Part shown: one piece after another, positions 26,984-40,579 of the stretch
Layout of the letters: every line of letters starts with the position of its first letter
How positions within the stretch are numbered: the first letter of the stretch is position 1
Assembly: GCF_044704955.1 (NCBI RefSeq)
Contig: NC_091979.1
Location: 271,870,001 to 271,934,000, forward strand
Reading direction: 5' to 3'
Source: Pristiophorus japonicus
Lineage: Eukaryota
Length of the DNA stretch: 64,000 nucleotides
Notes under the pieces: generated by a model
Databases searched by the model: none
Seen by the model: only the letters and a program-made list of their open reading frames with translations
What the model was told of the DNA's origin: nothing
Program-made: the position numbers and the translations under genes

Positions 26984-29900
26984 TGTTATGTATGGAGAAA
27001 GAGTCAGACTGAACATTGTGAGCTCAAAGTAAAGTGTGACCTTAGTCTTTTATTGCAAGTCTTCAGAGTGCCTCTCCAACCTGTGTGGCTTCCTTAAATA
27101 CCTGTGCTCCCAAGGGATTATGGGATCCCTTTGGATGCCAGGGGATGAGTCCTCTAGTGGCTGTACAGAGTAAATACAAGTTCACATATATAACAACACT
27201 CCCCCACAAAGTCAATAGTGTAACTATTTACAATGTGATTCGATCTGGGGCCTTTCTTGCCCTGTTTGATCATCTTGGTATGAAACCTGGTATTGTTGAA
27301 TCATTTGCTGGGCCCTCGCTGGGCTGCTGTGCAGCTGGCCTTGCTGGGCTGCCTGGTGTGTTGGGTCCTGCAGGGCTGCTGTGGATGATGGGTTCTGCTT
27401 CGTGGTCAACCACGGTGCCGGTTGCCATTGGTGTGTGTGTTGGGGGATCAAAAAAGGTAGGGTCCAAGGTGGGTTGCTCAGGATAGTCCGTAAATCTGAG
27501 TTTGATTTGGTCCAAGTGTTTCTGGTGAATGAGTCCATTTGAAAGTTTGACCTGAAACATCCTGCTCCCCTCTTTGGCCACGACAGTGCCGGGAAGCCAC
27601 TTGGGACCTTGTCCATAATTCAATACAATACAGGATTATTGATTTCAATCTCGCATGTCACATTTGCGCTTTCATGGTATGTACTTTGTTGAAGCCACCT
27701 GCTCTCTACCTGTTCATGTAGATCAGGGTGAACTAATGAAAGCCTTGTCTTAAGTGCTCTTTTCAGAAGCAGTTCAGCAGGTGGGATCCCATGAGCAAGT
27801 GGGGACTCGTGCGGTAGCTAAGCAGGACTCGGGATAGGCGAGTCTGCAGCGAGCCTTCAGTTACCCTCTTCAAGCCTTGCTTAATGATTTGCACTGCTCT
27901 CTCTGCCTGACCATTGGATGCTGGTTTAAACAGGGCAGATGTGACATGTTTGATCCCGTTACGGGTCATGAATTCTTTGAACTTAGCACTGGTAAATCAT
28001 GGCCCCATTGTCGCTCACCAGGACATCGGGTAAGCCGTGAGTGGCAAACTTGGCCCACAGGCTTTCAGTAGTGGCAGCGGACGTGCTAAACGACATTATC
28101 TCACATTCAATCCACTTGGAATACGCATCTACAACCACATTTTACCCAAGAACGGGCCAGCATAGTCGACGTGTACCATAGACCACGGTTTGGAGGACCA
28201 AGACCATAAACTTAGTGGCGCCTCCCTGGGTACATTGCTTAACTGGGAGCATGTATTACATCTGTGAATGCAGGACTCTAAGTCCGCATCGATACCGGGC
28301 CACCACACGTGGGATCTGGATATCGCTTTCATCATTCCGATGCCTGGGCGACTACTGTGGAGGTCATTGATGAAGGTGTCTCTGCCCTTCTTGAGGACCA
28401 CTACTCGATTGCCCCACAGAAGGCAGTCTGCTTGTATAGACATTTCACCTTTGCGCCGCTGGAACGGCTTAATCTCTTCCTGCATTTCCACTGGGACACT
28501 AGACCAGCTCCCGTGAAGCACACAGCTTTTGACTAGAGAGAATTGGAGGTCCTGGCTTGTCCAGGTTTTTTATCTGCCGGGCAGTGACGGGTGATTGCTC
28601 ACTCTCAAATGCTTCCATAACCATGGCTAGATCTGCGGGCTGCGCCATTTCCACCCACGTGGTGGGCAATAGCAGCCTACTGAGAGCATCGGCGCAGTTT
28701 TCTGTGCCTGGCCTGTGGTGGATGGCGTAGTTGTATGCGGAGAATGTGAGCGCCCATCTCTGGATGCGGGCCGATGCGTTGGTATTTATCCCTTTACTCT
28801 CGGAAAACAGGGATATAAGTGGCTTATGGTCAGTTTCCAATTCAAATTTTAGCCCAAACAGGTATTGATGCATTTTCTTTACCCCATAGATACACGCTAA
28901 CGCTTCTTTTTCAATCATGCTGTCGGCTCTCTCAGCCTTAGACAGACTCTTGGATGCATAAGCAACCGGTTGCAGTTTCCCAGAACATACCCAACGTCAT
29001 ATGACGATGCATCACATGCTAGTACCAAACGCTTACATGGATCATACAACACAAGCAATTTGTTTGAGCATAACAATTTTCTCGCTTTTACAAAGGCACT
29101 TTCTTGGCTTTTGCCCCAAACCCATTCATCCCCTTTTCATAGTAAAACATGCAGTGGTTCGAACAGTGTGCTAAAACCCGGTAAGAAGTTACCAAAGTAG
29201 TTCAGGAGTCCATAAAACGACCGCAGCTTCGTCACGTTCTGTGGCCTCGGTGCGTTCTCGATTGCCTCCGTCTTCGTGTTGGTGGACCTGATGCCGTCCG
29301 ACACAATCCTCCTTCCTAAGAACTCCACTTCAGGCACCAGAAAAACGCACTTCGAGCGTTTTAACTTGAGCTCCACGTGGTTGAGTCGACTAAGAACCTC
29401 TTCCATGTGCTGCAGATGCTCGACTGTGTTCCGACCTGTGACCAAGATGTCGTCCTGGAAGACCACAGTGTGCGGGACCGACTTCAGTAAGCTTTCCATG
29501 TCTCTCTGGAATATCGCTGCCGCTGATCGGATTCCAAATGGGCATCTGTTATAAACAAAAAGACCTTTGTGCGTGTTGATGCAGGTGAGGGCCTTCGATG
29601 ATTCCTCCAGTTCCTGCGTCATGTAGGCTGAAGTCAGATCCAGCTTCGTGAACGTCTTTCCTACCGCCAGCGTTGCAAAGAAGTCGTCGGCCTTTGGTAG
29701 TGGGTATTGGTACTGCAGGGAGAAACAATTGATAGTTACTTTGTAATAGCCACAGATTCTGACGGTGCTGTCTCCCTTGAGGACAGGAACGATTGGACTG
29801 ACCCACTCGTTGAACTCAATCGGTGAAATGATGCCTTCTCTTTGCAGCCGGTCTAGCTTGATCTCTACCCTTTCTCTCATCATGTACGGTACTGCTCTCG

Positions 29901-31465
29901 TCTTGTGATGGATGGGTCGCGCCCCTGGAATTATGTGGATCTGCACTTTTGCTCCTTTGAATTTCCCGATGCCTGGTTTGAACAGCGAAGGAACTTTGTT
30001 TAAGATCTGGGCACACAAAGTGTCGTCAGCGGGTGATGGCGCTCGGACGTCATCCCAGTTCCAGCGTATCTTTCCCAGCCAGCTCCTGCCGAGCAGCGTG
30101 GGACCATCGCCCGGTACCACCCAGAGTGGTAGTTTGTGCACCGCTCCATTGTAGGAGACCTTTACGGTAGCACTGCCGATTACAGAAATCAGTTCTTTTG
30201 TGTAAGTTCTTAGTTTCGTGCGAACTGGAGTTAAGACTGGCCTTGAGGCCTTGTTGCACCACAATCTTTCAAGTCTTTTTGCCCATGATGGACTGGATCG
30301 CGCCCTTGTCCAGCTCCATTGACACCGGGAGTCTCTTTAGTTCAACATTCAGCATTATCTGATGACAATTCGTGGTGAATGTGTGCATCCCATGTACCAC
30401 TGCCTCCTCGGTCTGAGGCGCTGGTTTGTCGTGATCCTCCGTGGATCTGTCCTCCTCTGCAACATGGTGGTTTGCAGGTTTAACAGGATTTGCAGCTTGT
30501 CTGCTCACTCGTTGGAGGTGTCCCATTGTTCCACAGCCCTTGCAAACTCACCCTTTGAATCGGCATGAATGGAAACGATGATCACCCCCGCAGCACCAAC
30601 AAGGTGTTAATGGCCTTGCATTCTGAGACATCTGCGGATGTGCAGCTGCAGGTATATGTGCCCTGTATGTTACAATTCGAAAACAACATCACTTTGTTCA
30701 CAGTACTTGTAGCAGCACTTGTGTGCTGAGAGATTTGCTTCGTATTGTCACTGGTGGCAATGAACGTCTGGGCTATCGCTATGGCCTTACTCATGATTGG
30801 GATCTCTACAGTCAAAGGTTTGCGAAGTATGGTTTTGTGGCCAGTGCCAAGCACGAAAAAGTCTCTGAGCGTGTGCTCCAAATGTCCTTCAAATTCGCAA
30901 TGTCCTGCAAGGCGTCATAGCTCGGCGACATAACTCGCCACTTCCTGGCCATCAGACCTTTTGTAGGTGTAGAACGCTTTCCTTCCCGGTGTGCACAAAT
31001 CGTCGTACGATTTCTCCGTGGGTTTCGCTGGAGTGAGCAAATTCTTCATGAGGCCATAGGTTGGTGCCCCACAGATGGTGGGGAGGATCGCCCTTCATTT
31101 GGCAGCGTTCTCTTCCCCATCTAGCTCGTTGGCTATGAAGTATTGGTCGAGTCGCTCCACAAAAGTTTCCCAATCATCTCCCTCCGAGAATTTCTCCAGT
31201 ATGCCCACTGTTCTCTGCATCTTTGGGTTTGCTATCTGTATCTAGTTGCCAGTTGTTATGTATGGAGAAAGAGTCAGACTGAACACTGTGAGCTCAAAGT
31301 AAAGTGTGACCGTAGTCTTTTATTGCAGGTCTCCAGGGTGCCTCTCCAATCTGTGAGGCCTCCTTAAATACCTGTGCTCCCAAGGGATTATGGGATCCCT
31401 TGGGACTCCAGGGGATGAGCCCTCTGGTGGTTGTACAGAATAAATACAAGTTGACATATATAACA
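26984..31465 (-). mobile_element. Gypsy (Mag-like) LTR retrotransposon, full length, decayed (element 2)
   Basis: 212-bp TG..CA LTRs at 26984-27195 and 31254-31465 (about 16 differences), TSD GTGAG, degenerate PBS at 31242-31251, PPT after 27196. Fragmented gag, PR, RT (FQDDILV), RNase H and integrase. Confidence 0.95.
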
Positions 31466-31477
31466 GTGAGGACCTTA

Positions 31478-32913
31478 TTAGAACCGAGATCATATGAGAT
31501 GGTCTCGGACCTCCCTTGCAGTATCAGGACACTATTTGTGCATCCTGTCTGCCAGCTGTGGCTCCTCCTGCAGCTCCTCATTCTCTTCCTGTAGCTCCTT
31601 CGCCTCCTTCTGGTTCCCCTGCTCCTCCTCCTCCAGAGGTGCAATGGCTATGTCTTTGGGTAAGGGCTGTTTCCTCATGATTGCCAGGTTGTGAAGCATT
31701 CAGCTGATGACGACGAATAGGGACACCTGGTCAGGCGAGTACTGCAGGACTCCTCCGGAAGCGGCCAAGGCAGCGGAACCGTTGCTTCAGCACTCCGATG
31801 GTCTGCTCAATGATGCTCCTGGTGGCAGCAGGACTGTCATTGTAAGAGTGCTGGGCAGGAGTGGTGGGGTTACGGAGGGGACTCATGATCCAGGTGCATA
31901 GGGGGTAGCCCTCGTCTCTGAGGAGCCAGCCGGGAGCTGCATTAGGTGGCTGGAACAGAGCTGGCACACTGGTCTGGCGCAGGATGAAGGCAGCATGGCT
32001 GCTTACATGATAGTGGGCATTTACAACCATTATTGTGCATGTGTGGTTGCACACCAACTGCACATTGAGTGAGTGGTATCCTTCTCGGTTTCAAAAGATC
32101 TCAGGATTGCGGTGCAGAATCCTTAAGGCGATGTGTGCAGTCTATGGCACCCTGCACCATGGGGAAGCGCGCCATCCTGACAAAGCCAGTTGACCACTCC
32201 AGCTGCGTGTGCCTCATCATGGGAAATGAGATGTATTCCAACCTCCTTCTGTATAGAGCATCTGTGACGTTACAAATTGTGCAATGGGCAGCAAACTGGG
32301 AGATGTTTGAGATGTCTTCTGTGGCTCCCTGGAAAGATCCATTGGCATAGAAATTAAGACCAATGGTGACCGTCCCTGCCACTGAGAGAGCCGTTCTCAC
32401 CCTTGTTTGAGGCTCAACGTCTGGCTGCAGCAGATGGCACAGCTCCGTTACCACGTCTTTTGTAAATCACAGCCTTTGGACACACTGCTCCTCAATAAAG
32501 TGAATGTAGGAAAACTGTTGCCGAAACACCCTGGGTGCGTACGGCCTTCTGTTGACACGTCTGTGTAAATGAGTTCCTCTCCCCACATCCTCATGGACCT
32601 CTTCATGTTGGTCCAGCTGTTGCTGTCCCTCTGCTTCCTCCTGCTGCTGTGCCTCTGCCTGCTGCTCTTGTTCCCCTTGCCTCTCCCTGCCCCTTTCCAT
32701 CTGCCTGTGTCGGTCCCTCTCCCTCTCTCTCATCCTCAGTGCATGGACCTCTCCATGGGTCTCTCCCAGTGCAGGTTCCTCTCCCAGTGGGAGCCTTTCT
32801 CTTTTCCTCATCCGATGCCTCTGCCTGGCTAAATGACGGCGCCATTGTCTTATGCGAACCATGCTCCGATGGCGAAGTTGGAGGAGGCAGTCCACTGCCA
32901 GCACTGAGCCCAA
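31478..32913 (-). pseudogene. Harbinger transposase (HARBI1-like DDE_Tnp_4)
   Basis: Motifs RRPYAPRVFR, LNFYANGSFQ, FPMVQGAIDCTH, GWLLRDEGYPL, TRSIIEQTIGVLKQRFRCL. R/E/Q-rich N-terminus and acidic C-terminus. Several stops and frameshifts; start position inferred. Confidence 0.9.
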
Positions 32914-33013
32914 GATTGGCAAAGAATGTTGTTGTCTCCAACTGGACCTGACTAAAGCAGGAGGAGCGATGGAAGCCAAAGTAAACGGAGGGCCAGCAAT
33001 CAATGATGGCAGT

Positions 33014-33260
33014 TGATATGTCCTTACTATATAGTATAAATGCACACGAGGCCCATACTTGAGAGAAGGTCACTCTGTGACCAGTTGCCTTTATTACCAA
33101 GACCTCAGGTCATGAAGGTGGGTGGAGCTTCCCCTTTTATACCTGAAAGTCCAGGTTAGGAGTGTCTCCCACAAGTTCACCCTCTTATGGTCAATGTTCT
33201 CAAGGTGTACAACTTAGGTCAGCTTATACATGGGTTACAATGATAGTTGAATACATGACA
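33014..33260 (-). mobile_element. Solo LTR
   Basis: TG...CA ends, 5-bp TSD GCAGT (33009-33013, 33261-33265), TATAAAA and AATAAA on the minus strand. Confidence 0.85.
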
Positions 33261-33689
33261 GCAGTGGCACATGCGAAAAAAAAAATAACTGCAATCTTGG
33301 GAAAAATTTGGCCGACCAAAATACATCTTCAACAGCGCGCCTTTAAATATCACTGGTGCTGCAGCCTGACGACTTGAAACCGACAGCAAAAGCTGTTGTT
33401 TGCATTGGCAAGCGTTAGGTAGAGGGATGCGAGGTAATTTAATCTTCCGGGGCGGTCACGAGGAGACGCATATGGTGATGACCTCAGCACTGTGCACTGA
33501 GGAGCGTCACGAGCAACACCGAAGTGTGGTGCAAAGCTGTAACACTATCGGCAAAGCGGTGGGCTATTTTGCACGGGTCAATATGACCGTTGGGCCAGCG
33601 CGCTAACTCATTACCGCTCAGTTAGCGACAGGCGGAGGTGCTAACTGACACTCCGCAAAGGGGCAATTTCAGCCCCATGTTCTCTTAAC

Positions 33690-33870
33690 TCATGCCTAGC
33701 TATGCGTGGGTAGCGGAATTGGCATCCACTGCCTAGGAGATCTCCTTCCATTGTCCCCAAGCAACGCTCCTTCGGTCCTGCTATAGAGGGTATGCCTTCC
33801 TCCAGCAGCACATCCATTGCTCGATCAGAGGACCTGGGAGCTCAAAGGACCCCGGAGCTCACCTGCACAC
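33690..33870 (-). pseudogene. Myb/SANT remnant of an older Harbinger
   Basis: Hand translation APRSSDRAMDVLLEE...QWKEIS*AVDANS. It is convergent with the transposase remnant at 24370-24910. Confidence 0.5.
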
Positions 33871-34351
33871 ATTTTTCTCTGAACTTTCTTTTCTTGAGTA
33901 AACACAATTTAAAGACCTTTGGTAGCTTAAAGTGCTGGATAATGTCTGCCCCTTTAAGCTGTTTAAGGTTTTAAATCATGCAACAGCTTCATACATCGCA
34001 CCCTCTAACAAGCAAGCTCCAAAACAGGTGTTCATGACATTTGAAGCTAACCCAAAAATTTATAATAACAATCACAGAGGTTACGTGGGGTCAGTCATCA
34101 TGACATCGGGTGGGCGGAAATTACGGTCCACTTTGCTTCCAGTCAGCATTGTGTTAAATCAGAAAAAACAGGCTTATGAAGGAATGGAAAAATAGCTTCA
34201 CTGTGTTGAAAGGACAACCCATAACAAGGTGGAGGGTCCAGTAGGTGCAAGAAGCAATCACATGGAAGGAGAGGTCAACCCCGTGTCAACTGCCTGCCAC
34301 ACTTAGAATGATGCCTAGAACGTGTCTGATTTGAAAAAAAATGTTATGGTA

Positions 34352-34770
34352 AGAATTTAGAAGAATGAGAGGTGATCTCATTGAAACATATAAAATTCTG
34401 ACTGGGTTGGATAGACTGGATGCAGGGAGGATGTTTCCCCTGGTTGGGAAGTCTAAATCAAGGGGTCACAGTCTCAGGATACAGGGTAGGAAATTTAGGA
34501 CCGAGATGACAATTTTTTTCACTCAGAGGGTGGTGAACCTGTGGAATTCTCTATCACAGAAGGCTGTGGAGGCCGAGTCACTGAATATATTTAAGAGGCA
34601 GATAGATAGATTTCTAGAAACAAAAGACATCAAGGGGTATGGAAAAAAAGTGGGAATATGGTGTTTCGATAGAGGATCAGCCATTATCATATTGAATGGC
34701 GGTGCAGACTCGAAGGGCTGAAAGACCTACTACTGCTCCTAATTTTCTATGTTTTCTATGTTTTTCTATG
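34352..34770 (+). mobile_element. CR1 LINE short 3' fragment
   Basis: MRGDLIETYKIL...RVVNLWNSL and a (TTTCTATG)n tail. Confidence 0.9.
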
Positions 34771-34829
34771 TAAGCAGTGACAACTGTGTATGGCTTTAGC
34801 TATAAATTGTTTTGCACTGCTATAAGTAG

Positions 34830-36242
34830 ATATGTAATCCCACTATTTAAGAAAGAAGGGAGAGACAAAACAAGGATCTACAGATCAGTTAGCCTGACAT
34901 GAGTAGTAGGGTAAATGCTAGAATTTATTATTAAAAACGTGGTAACAGGGCACTTAGAAAAATAACAATAGGATTGGACAGAGTCAACACGGATTTACAA
35001 AAGTGAAACCATGTTTGACAAATTTTTTGAGGTTGTAATTAGCAGGATAAGGGGGAACCAGTGGATGTAGTGTATTTGGATTTTCAGAAGGCATTCGATA
35101 AGGTGCCACACAAGAGGTTATTAATCAAAATTAGGGCTCATGGAATTGGGGGTAATATACTAGATGGATTGAGGATAGGTTAACGGACAGAAAACAGAGA
35201 GTAGGAATAAATGGGTCATAGTCGGGTGGGCAGGCTGTAACTAGTGGGGTACCGCAAGGATCAGTGCTTGAGCCTCAGTTATTCACAACCTATATCAAAG
35301 ATTTGGATGAGGGGACCAAATGCAATATATTCAAGTTTGCTGATGATACAAAGCTAGGTGAGAATGTAAGTTGAGAGGAGGATGCAAAGAGGTTTCAAGG
35401 GGATATAGACAGGTGAAGTGAGTGGGCAAGAACATGGCAAATGGAATATAATGTGGAGAAATGTGAAGTTATCCACTTTGGTAGGAAAAATAGAAAAGCA
35501 GAGTATTTTTTAAATGGTGAGAGATGTGGCAAATGTTGGTGTTCAGAGGGACTGGGTGTCCTTGTACACGAATCACAACGTTAACATGCAGGTACAGCAA
35601 ACAATTAAAAAAGCAAATGGTATGTTGGCCTTTATTACAAGAGGATGTGAGTTTAATATGTCTTACTGCAATTATATAGGGCCCCGGTGAGACCACACCT
35701 GGAGTATTATGTACAGTTTTAGTCTCCTTACCCAAGAAAGAATATACTTGCCATAGAGGGAGTGCTTCGAAGGTTCACCAGACTGATTCCTGGGAAGAGG
35801 GGAATGTCCTATTCGGAGAGATTGAGTAGATTAGGCCTACATTCTCTAGAGTTTAGGAGAATGAGAGGTGATCTCATTGAAATATACAAAATTCTTACAG
35901 GGCTTGACAGGCTAGATGCAGGGAGGATGTTTCCCTCCAGAACCAGAGGTCACAGTCTCAGAATAAGGGTTTGGCCATTTAGGACTGAGATGAGGAGAAA
36001 TTTCTTCACTCAGAGGGTGTGAATCTTTGGAAGTCTCTTCTCCAGAGGGCTGTGGAGGCTCAGTCGTTAAGTATATTCAAGACAGAAATCGCTAGGTTTT
36101 TGGATATTAAGGTAATCAAGGGCTATGGGAATAGTGCAGGAAAGTGGAGTCGAGGGAGAAGATCAGCCATGATCTTATTGAATGGCGGAGCAGGCTCAAA
36201 GGGCCAAATGGCATATTCCTGCTCCTATTTATTATGTTCTAA
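34830..36242 (+). mobile_element. CR1 LINE, 5' truncated, decayed
   Basis: RT motifs ([21 protein letters not shown]) with stops, 3' UTR and tail. Confidence 0.9.
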
Positions 36243-36329
36243 TACAAGTGCCAACCATTTTATATTGTTAGTTATTTCTAACAAAGGAACTTGCAAGTGT
36301 CAGCTAAGTTTACTTGAAAAGTTTCTTAG

Positions 36330-36595
36330 AAGGGTATTGTTAATCTCCTTGGAGCAGAGAAGGCTAAGAGGATATTTGATCATGAAGGATTTAGATAGAG
36401 TAAATAAAGAGAAACTGTTTCCAATGACAGAAGAGTCGATAAAGAGAGGATATAGATTTAACATGACTGGCAAAAGCATCAGAGGCGACATGAGGAAAAC
36501 CTTTTTACGTAACGAGTGGTTAGGATTTGGATAGTGTGGTGGATACAAATTCAATAGTAGTCTTCAAAAGGGAATTGGATAAATACTTGAAGGAA
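36330..36595 (+). mobile_element. Older CR1 fragment
   Basis: SLEQRRLRG..DLDRVNKEKLFP. Confidence 0.6.
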
Positions 36596-37852
36596 CTGTA
36601 TAACAGGTGGCAGATGCAATACCATTCGTTTTGTGCTGCTGCCGAAGACAAGTTTCTACCCCAGTGTGTCTCAGGCAATGGTGTGGGGTAAAGTTGTTGA
36701 AAGCATTGAAAGAAAGATGTGAAGAAGTATGTTTTGAGGTTTTTTTTCAGAATTGTATTATTTATGTGTTTCTTAAGACATTTAAATAAAATACATGAAT
36801 TTAACTTTGATAATACGAGATTGCCACACACTCTATAATTAGGCAACACAGGGTCAACCTTAGAAGAGGGAATAAGTAGACAACTGAAAGCTTCTCCAGT
36901 GATTCCCACATTTAACCCAAAAATGTGTTTTCTTTTAGCAGCCCTAATAAAACCAGCTCAAAATATGAATTCTGCTTTTGGTACATATGAAACAAGACTC
37001 GAACATTTCCAGCTTATAACCAGAAGCCAACAAAACTGAACTATTAATGGCAGTCTAAAGTGGATTATTTTGTAAACAAGTTTGCTGCACAGAAAGATAT
37101 GTCAATCTCAACGTATCTTGCACATATAAATGAATTAAATGTCAGAATGACATTACACTGTCACACTTCAATGGTGCATTATGAGAAATTACAAGTCATC
37201 CTGTTGCTAAACCCATTACAACAATGTATTCTGCATATGAGATATCATTTTGTTTTATCAAGAGCACACTCTTGGTAAAAGCTGGGTTTAATATAGGTCA
37301 TTATGTTGTATGGAGATTTACAACTGCACTGGAACGACAGTTCTCAAGCGATACATCCTGCTCATAAATCCCTATACAGTGCTATAAGGGATTTATAGCA
37401 CAACCTCCTAAGCTTTGCACTTTGGCAGTATACTTTTAAGAAGTTACCAGTGGCATGTCGAAGGAAGCCACATCAATGAAATAAAGAAAGTACACAAATA
37501 CATGTTATTCAGCTCTAAACTGGGCTGACAAGGAGAGAGTGTAAATTAAATTAATTCAAAAATGTATTCAGTTCCACATGAATTGATGATAGAGAAAGGC
37601 TATTATGAGTCTGTTACTTTACTGATACCCTTATTTCCAAAAAAACATAACATTTGTTAATAATAATTTATGACTGACAAAACACACGCTATTATGGCTG
37701 CAGTCCCTGAGACGAACTTTTATATTGGAATGATTGAACAATGGAATGGTTTGGTTTGGAATGGTTTGCTATGCGGTGTACCCCAATCTGTGCAAGGTGA
37801 AAAAAAGCTTAACAGATGTTTAATATGATGTGATGAATGTGATTAAATAAAA

Positions 37853-38047
37853 GGGGTCATTTTCTGAAATTGCAAGATGGGCTTAGAACCTTGCCCACTG
37901 GGAATGCATTTTGGAAATTTCTGTGTGCGTCCCCATGAGTTTCTATACCAGTGCATGGAAAATCAGGGATTAGGATGCTCAGTTTCCTGATATGCACTCC
38001 AGTGGATGAGACTGCGCATCAGGAGCAAGATTTCAGAAAATTATCCA
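37853..38047. mobile_element. Small palindromic MITE
   Basis: TIR-like ends GGGGTCATTTTCTGAAAT and ATTTCAGAAAATTATCCA. Confidence 0.5.
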
Positions 38048-38352
38048 TAATATTGTCTTGTTTAACTTCGTGCTTCAGTTATTTATTTATGCCCCTTTTG
38101 GGACCCACATACCAATTAAGATTATGATTGTGCCCTGCTCGCAGTTATAAATGCCAATTCTGAGCTGTGCAAACTATGTCACTATTTGATTCAGCCTCCT
38201 CTTTTCCTCCTTCTGGAAGAACGCCTGAATCACCTCCAATATGATAAAGTTAACACCATCTGTTGTTTATTTGTTTCCTACTTCAACCTAGAGTTCATGT
38301 TCAGGAGAGAAACATTTAAAACTTATACCAAATAAGCAATTTGAAAGCCTAC

Positions 38353-38573
38353 CTGTGGTGAATAGCCTATAAGAGCCCAAAGGTATCCAGCAGTCAAATT
38401 CCTGTGATGTGAAAATTCGAGTTCATCTGCCTCTTCTCGATTCAGAGCTATGTGTAAACAGCCGTGGTAGTCGCCTATCAACCGTTGTCCACCATGCAGG
38501 TCCAAAATGTCCCACGTGCCGATTTTACCAAGCGCTCTTGTTAAATCACTAATGTGGCGGAATGATAAGTGAC
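38353..38573 (-). CDS. Internal coding exon of a host gene (probable NERD-domain-containing protein)
   Basis: Acceptor ttttttttcaatacatgttcAG and donor CAG|GTAGGC. 221 nt, phase 1 to 0, open: HLSFRHISDLTRALGKIGTWDILDLHGGQRLIGDYHGCLHIALNREEADELEFSHHRNLTAGYLWALIGYSPQ. Product call is from recalled similarity only. Confidence 0.8.
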
Positions 38574-40579
38574 CTGAACATGTATTGAAAAAAAAGTCTT
38601 TATTTTGTTCTTTAATATTATGAAAAATAAACATCACCCGAAATTCCTTTATTAAAAAACAAAATCACATAATCCCCATTTGGAACCGAATTGCTGTTTT
38701 TCAAGACAATTTTAAACGTGCATAATTTCCTTTAACACGTAGCAGTCTTCCCACATTATCTAGTACAGTACACCCTTGCTGCTTAGGAGCCAAGAAAATA
38801 CATATTATAAGAGGATTGTGCTGAAACTAAGAGTTCATTTACTTTAATATAGCAGCTGTCTCCAAGCATTTCTACTCAGATTGTAGTGTTTTGTGTAATG
38901 AAATCTAGCATATCGTCTGTTTTTTGAAAGACTATGTGGTGAATTGAATAAAGTATATGTCTTACTTATAGATTTATATACACTACCAACTCATGTTAAG
39001 AAAGTTGATACAACACTGCCATGCCTGTATTTCCTATATAGTAAACCATTAATAGGATGCTTTTGACTTATTTTCTAACAGCACATACACCATTATTTTA
39101 AAACAAATCTTTTACATTTCTGCTAAAAGAACCAGTGATTGTAACCAAAGTGGCAGAGGGTAGCTAGCACCTATGGAATCATGCATGCATGCATGAGTCC
39201 ACTATCTTCAGCAGAGGGGGAAAAAAACTTGAGGGAGGGGAAAGAGAACTAATTCCTTTTTTTAAAAAAAAAAACAGAAGAGATCAATTCAGACCAGTTA
39301 ATCTACTATACGTGTGGTGGATATTCATCTGACTTCTCCATTAGACAAGACATTGGAATTTAGAGCAGGAGTATTTGCCTCATTTATCAAAAATAAATGT
39401 GAACAGCTATTTTGGATAGTGGCTGGAAAAAGTACACTACATGAAATGTAATGCTGTAATGTCACAAATTTATCACTGGTAATCCTTCTTCAGCTCCTTC
39501 ATTCTTGCGACAACACGTTCGTTGTAAAAGGCACAATTTTAAAGAAAAGTCTAGACAGAATAAACTTCCAGCTTAAAGTACTCTCCACTCTTTTTAATAA
39601 AAAAATAAAAAAGTCACATAGCAAGGAGACCGTTTCAGTTTTGTTAGTCACTTGAGGCTTCCACTTGTACTTGGATCTGATCAATGATGTATCTTATTGG
39701 AATAGTCCTGAGTGGCTCAATTCAGCAGTACTGTAATTGATGCTTCGAATCAGCCTGGTGCCCGAGCCAGGAAAAGCTAGAACTGGCTGAGTGTGCAGAG
39801 TAGCTAAACAAAAATTCAGAAAGGAAATATTTTATGCAGCATATCTTGGAAATCTCCTTCATTGCTGCAGTATTCTAACAATGAAGTTGCTATAGAGATT
39901 GACCTGCAAATATATGTAAGATTGTTGTACTGGTCAGCAGGAAATACAAAAATGGTGGAAACCAACTTGATGTTTACAGATCAATTTGCTCACAGTACTT
40001 GTCGTATTGGATTTCAAAAAGTAGATGTTTATCACTTTCAGTATAACCTGCTCGTCACAGCTAGCTGCGTTTACTGATTCTGCAAATAACTTCAACTTAT
40101 TCCATGTAGGTTCGAATCCCAAACTTAATTAAAAACCTAATGTGATGTTTCAGTGGTGTGCTACAGATCCATACGGAATATTGAAGTCTCGGGTTTGATC
40201 CCTCCGTGGGGTAAGCTCGCTGATCTCAGCCAGGCAACTGCAGGATTGGCACAATTAGCATTAGTTGCCATATGGGGAAAAATCATCCAGGGTTCCTACT
40301 CTCGATCGCTAATACAGTAGGTCCCTACTGTAACACACGCATCCATGAATGAGGATACTGGATTTGGCTTGGATTTCTAATTATTTTCAGAATACATTTT
40401 CAGCTGTTTTAGGCTATGTGGAAAATGATGATGGTGGAATCCAAATTTATGAGACACCAAAAAACAATTGCTAGCCTTTATAAAATACCAACCACACTAG
40501 TCTCTGCTTCATTATGTATACAATTGTAGGTCTCTAACTTATTCTATAGAAGTACACTTAAATCTGCTTCAGTACTCAC

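Larger units (their letters stand above)
25184..33676. mobile_element. Full-length PIF/Harbinger transposon (decayed) carrying nested SINE, Gypsy and solo LTR
   Basis: 17-bp TIR GGGGCTGAAATTGC(T/C)CC at both ends, 3-bp TSD ATG (25181-25183, 33677-33679), convergent Myb/SANT (+) and transposase (-) genes. Confidence 0.92.

Noticed and set aside
39690-39803. Minus-strand acceptor with a short open frame between the two host exons
   Set aside because: Stops in all frames, and the flanking exons already join in phase. At most an alternative terminal exon.
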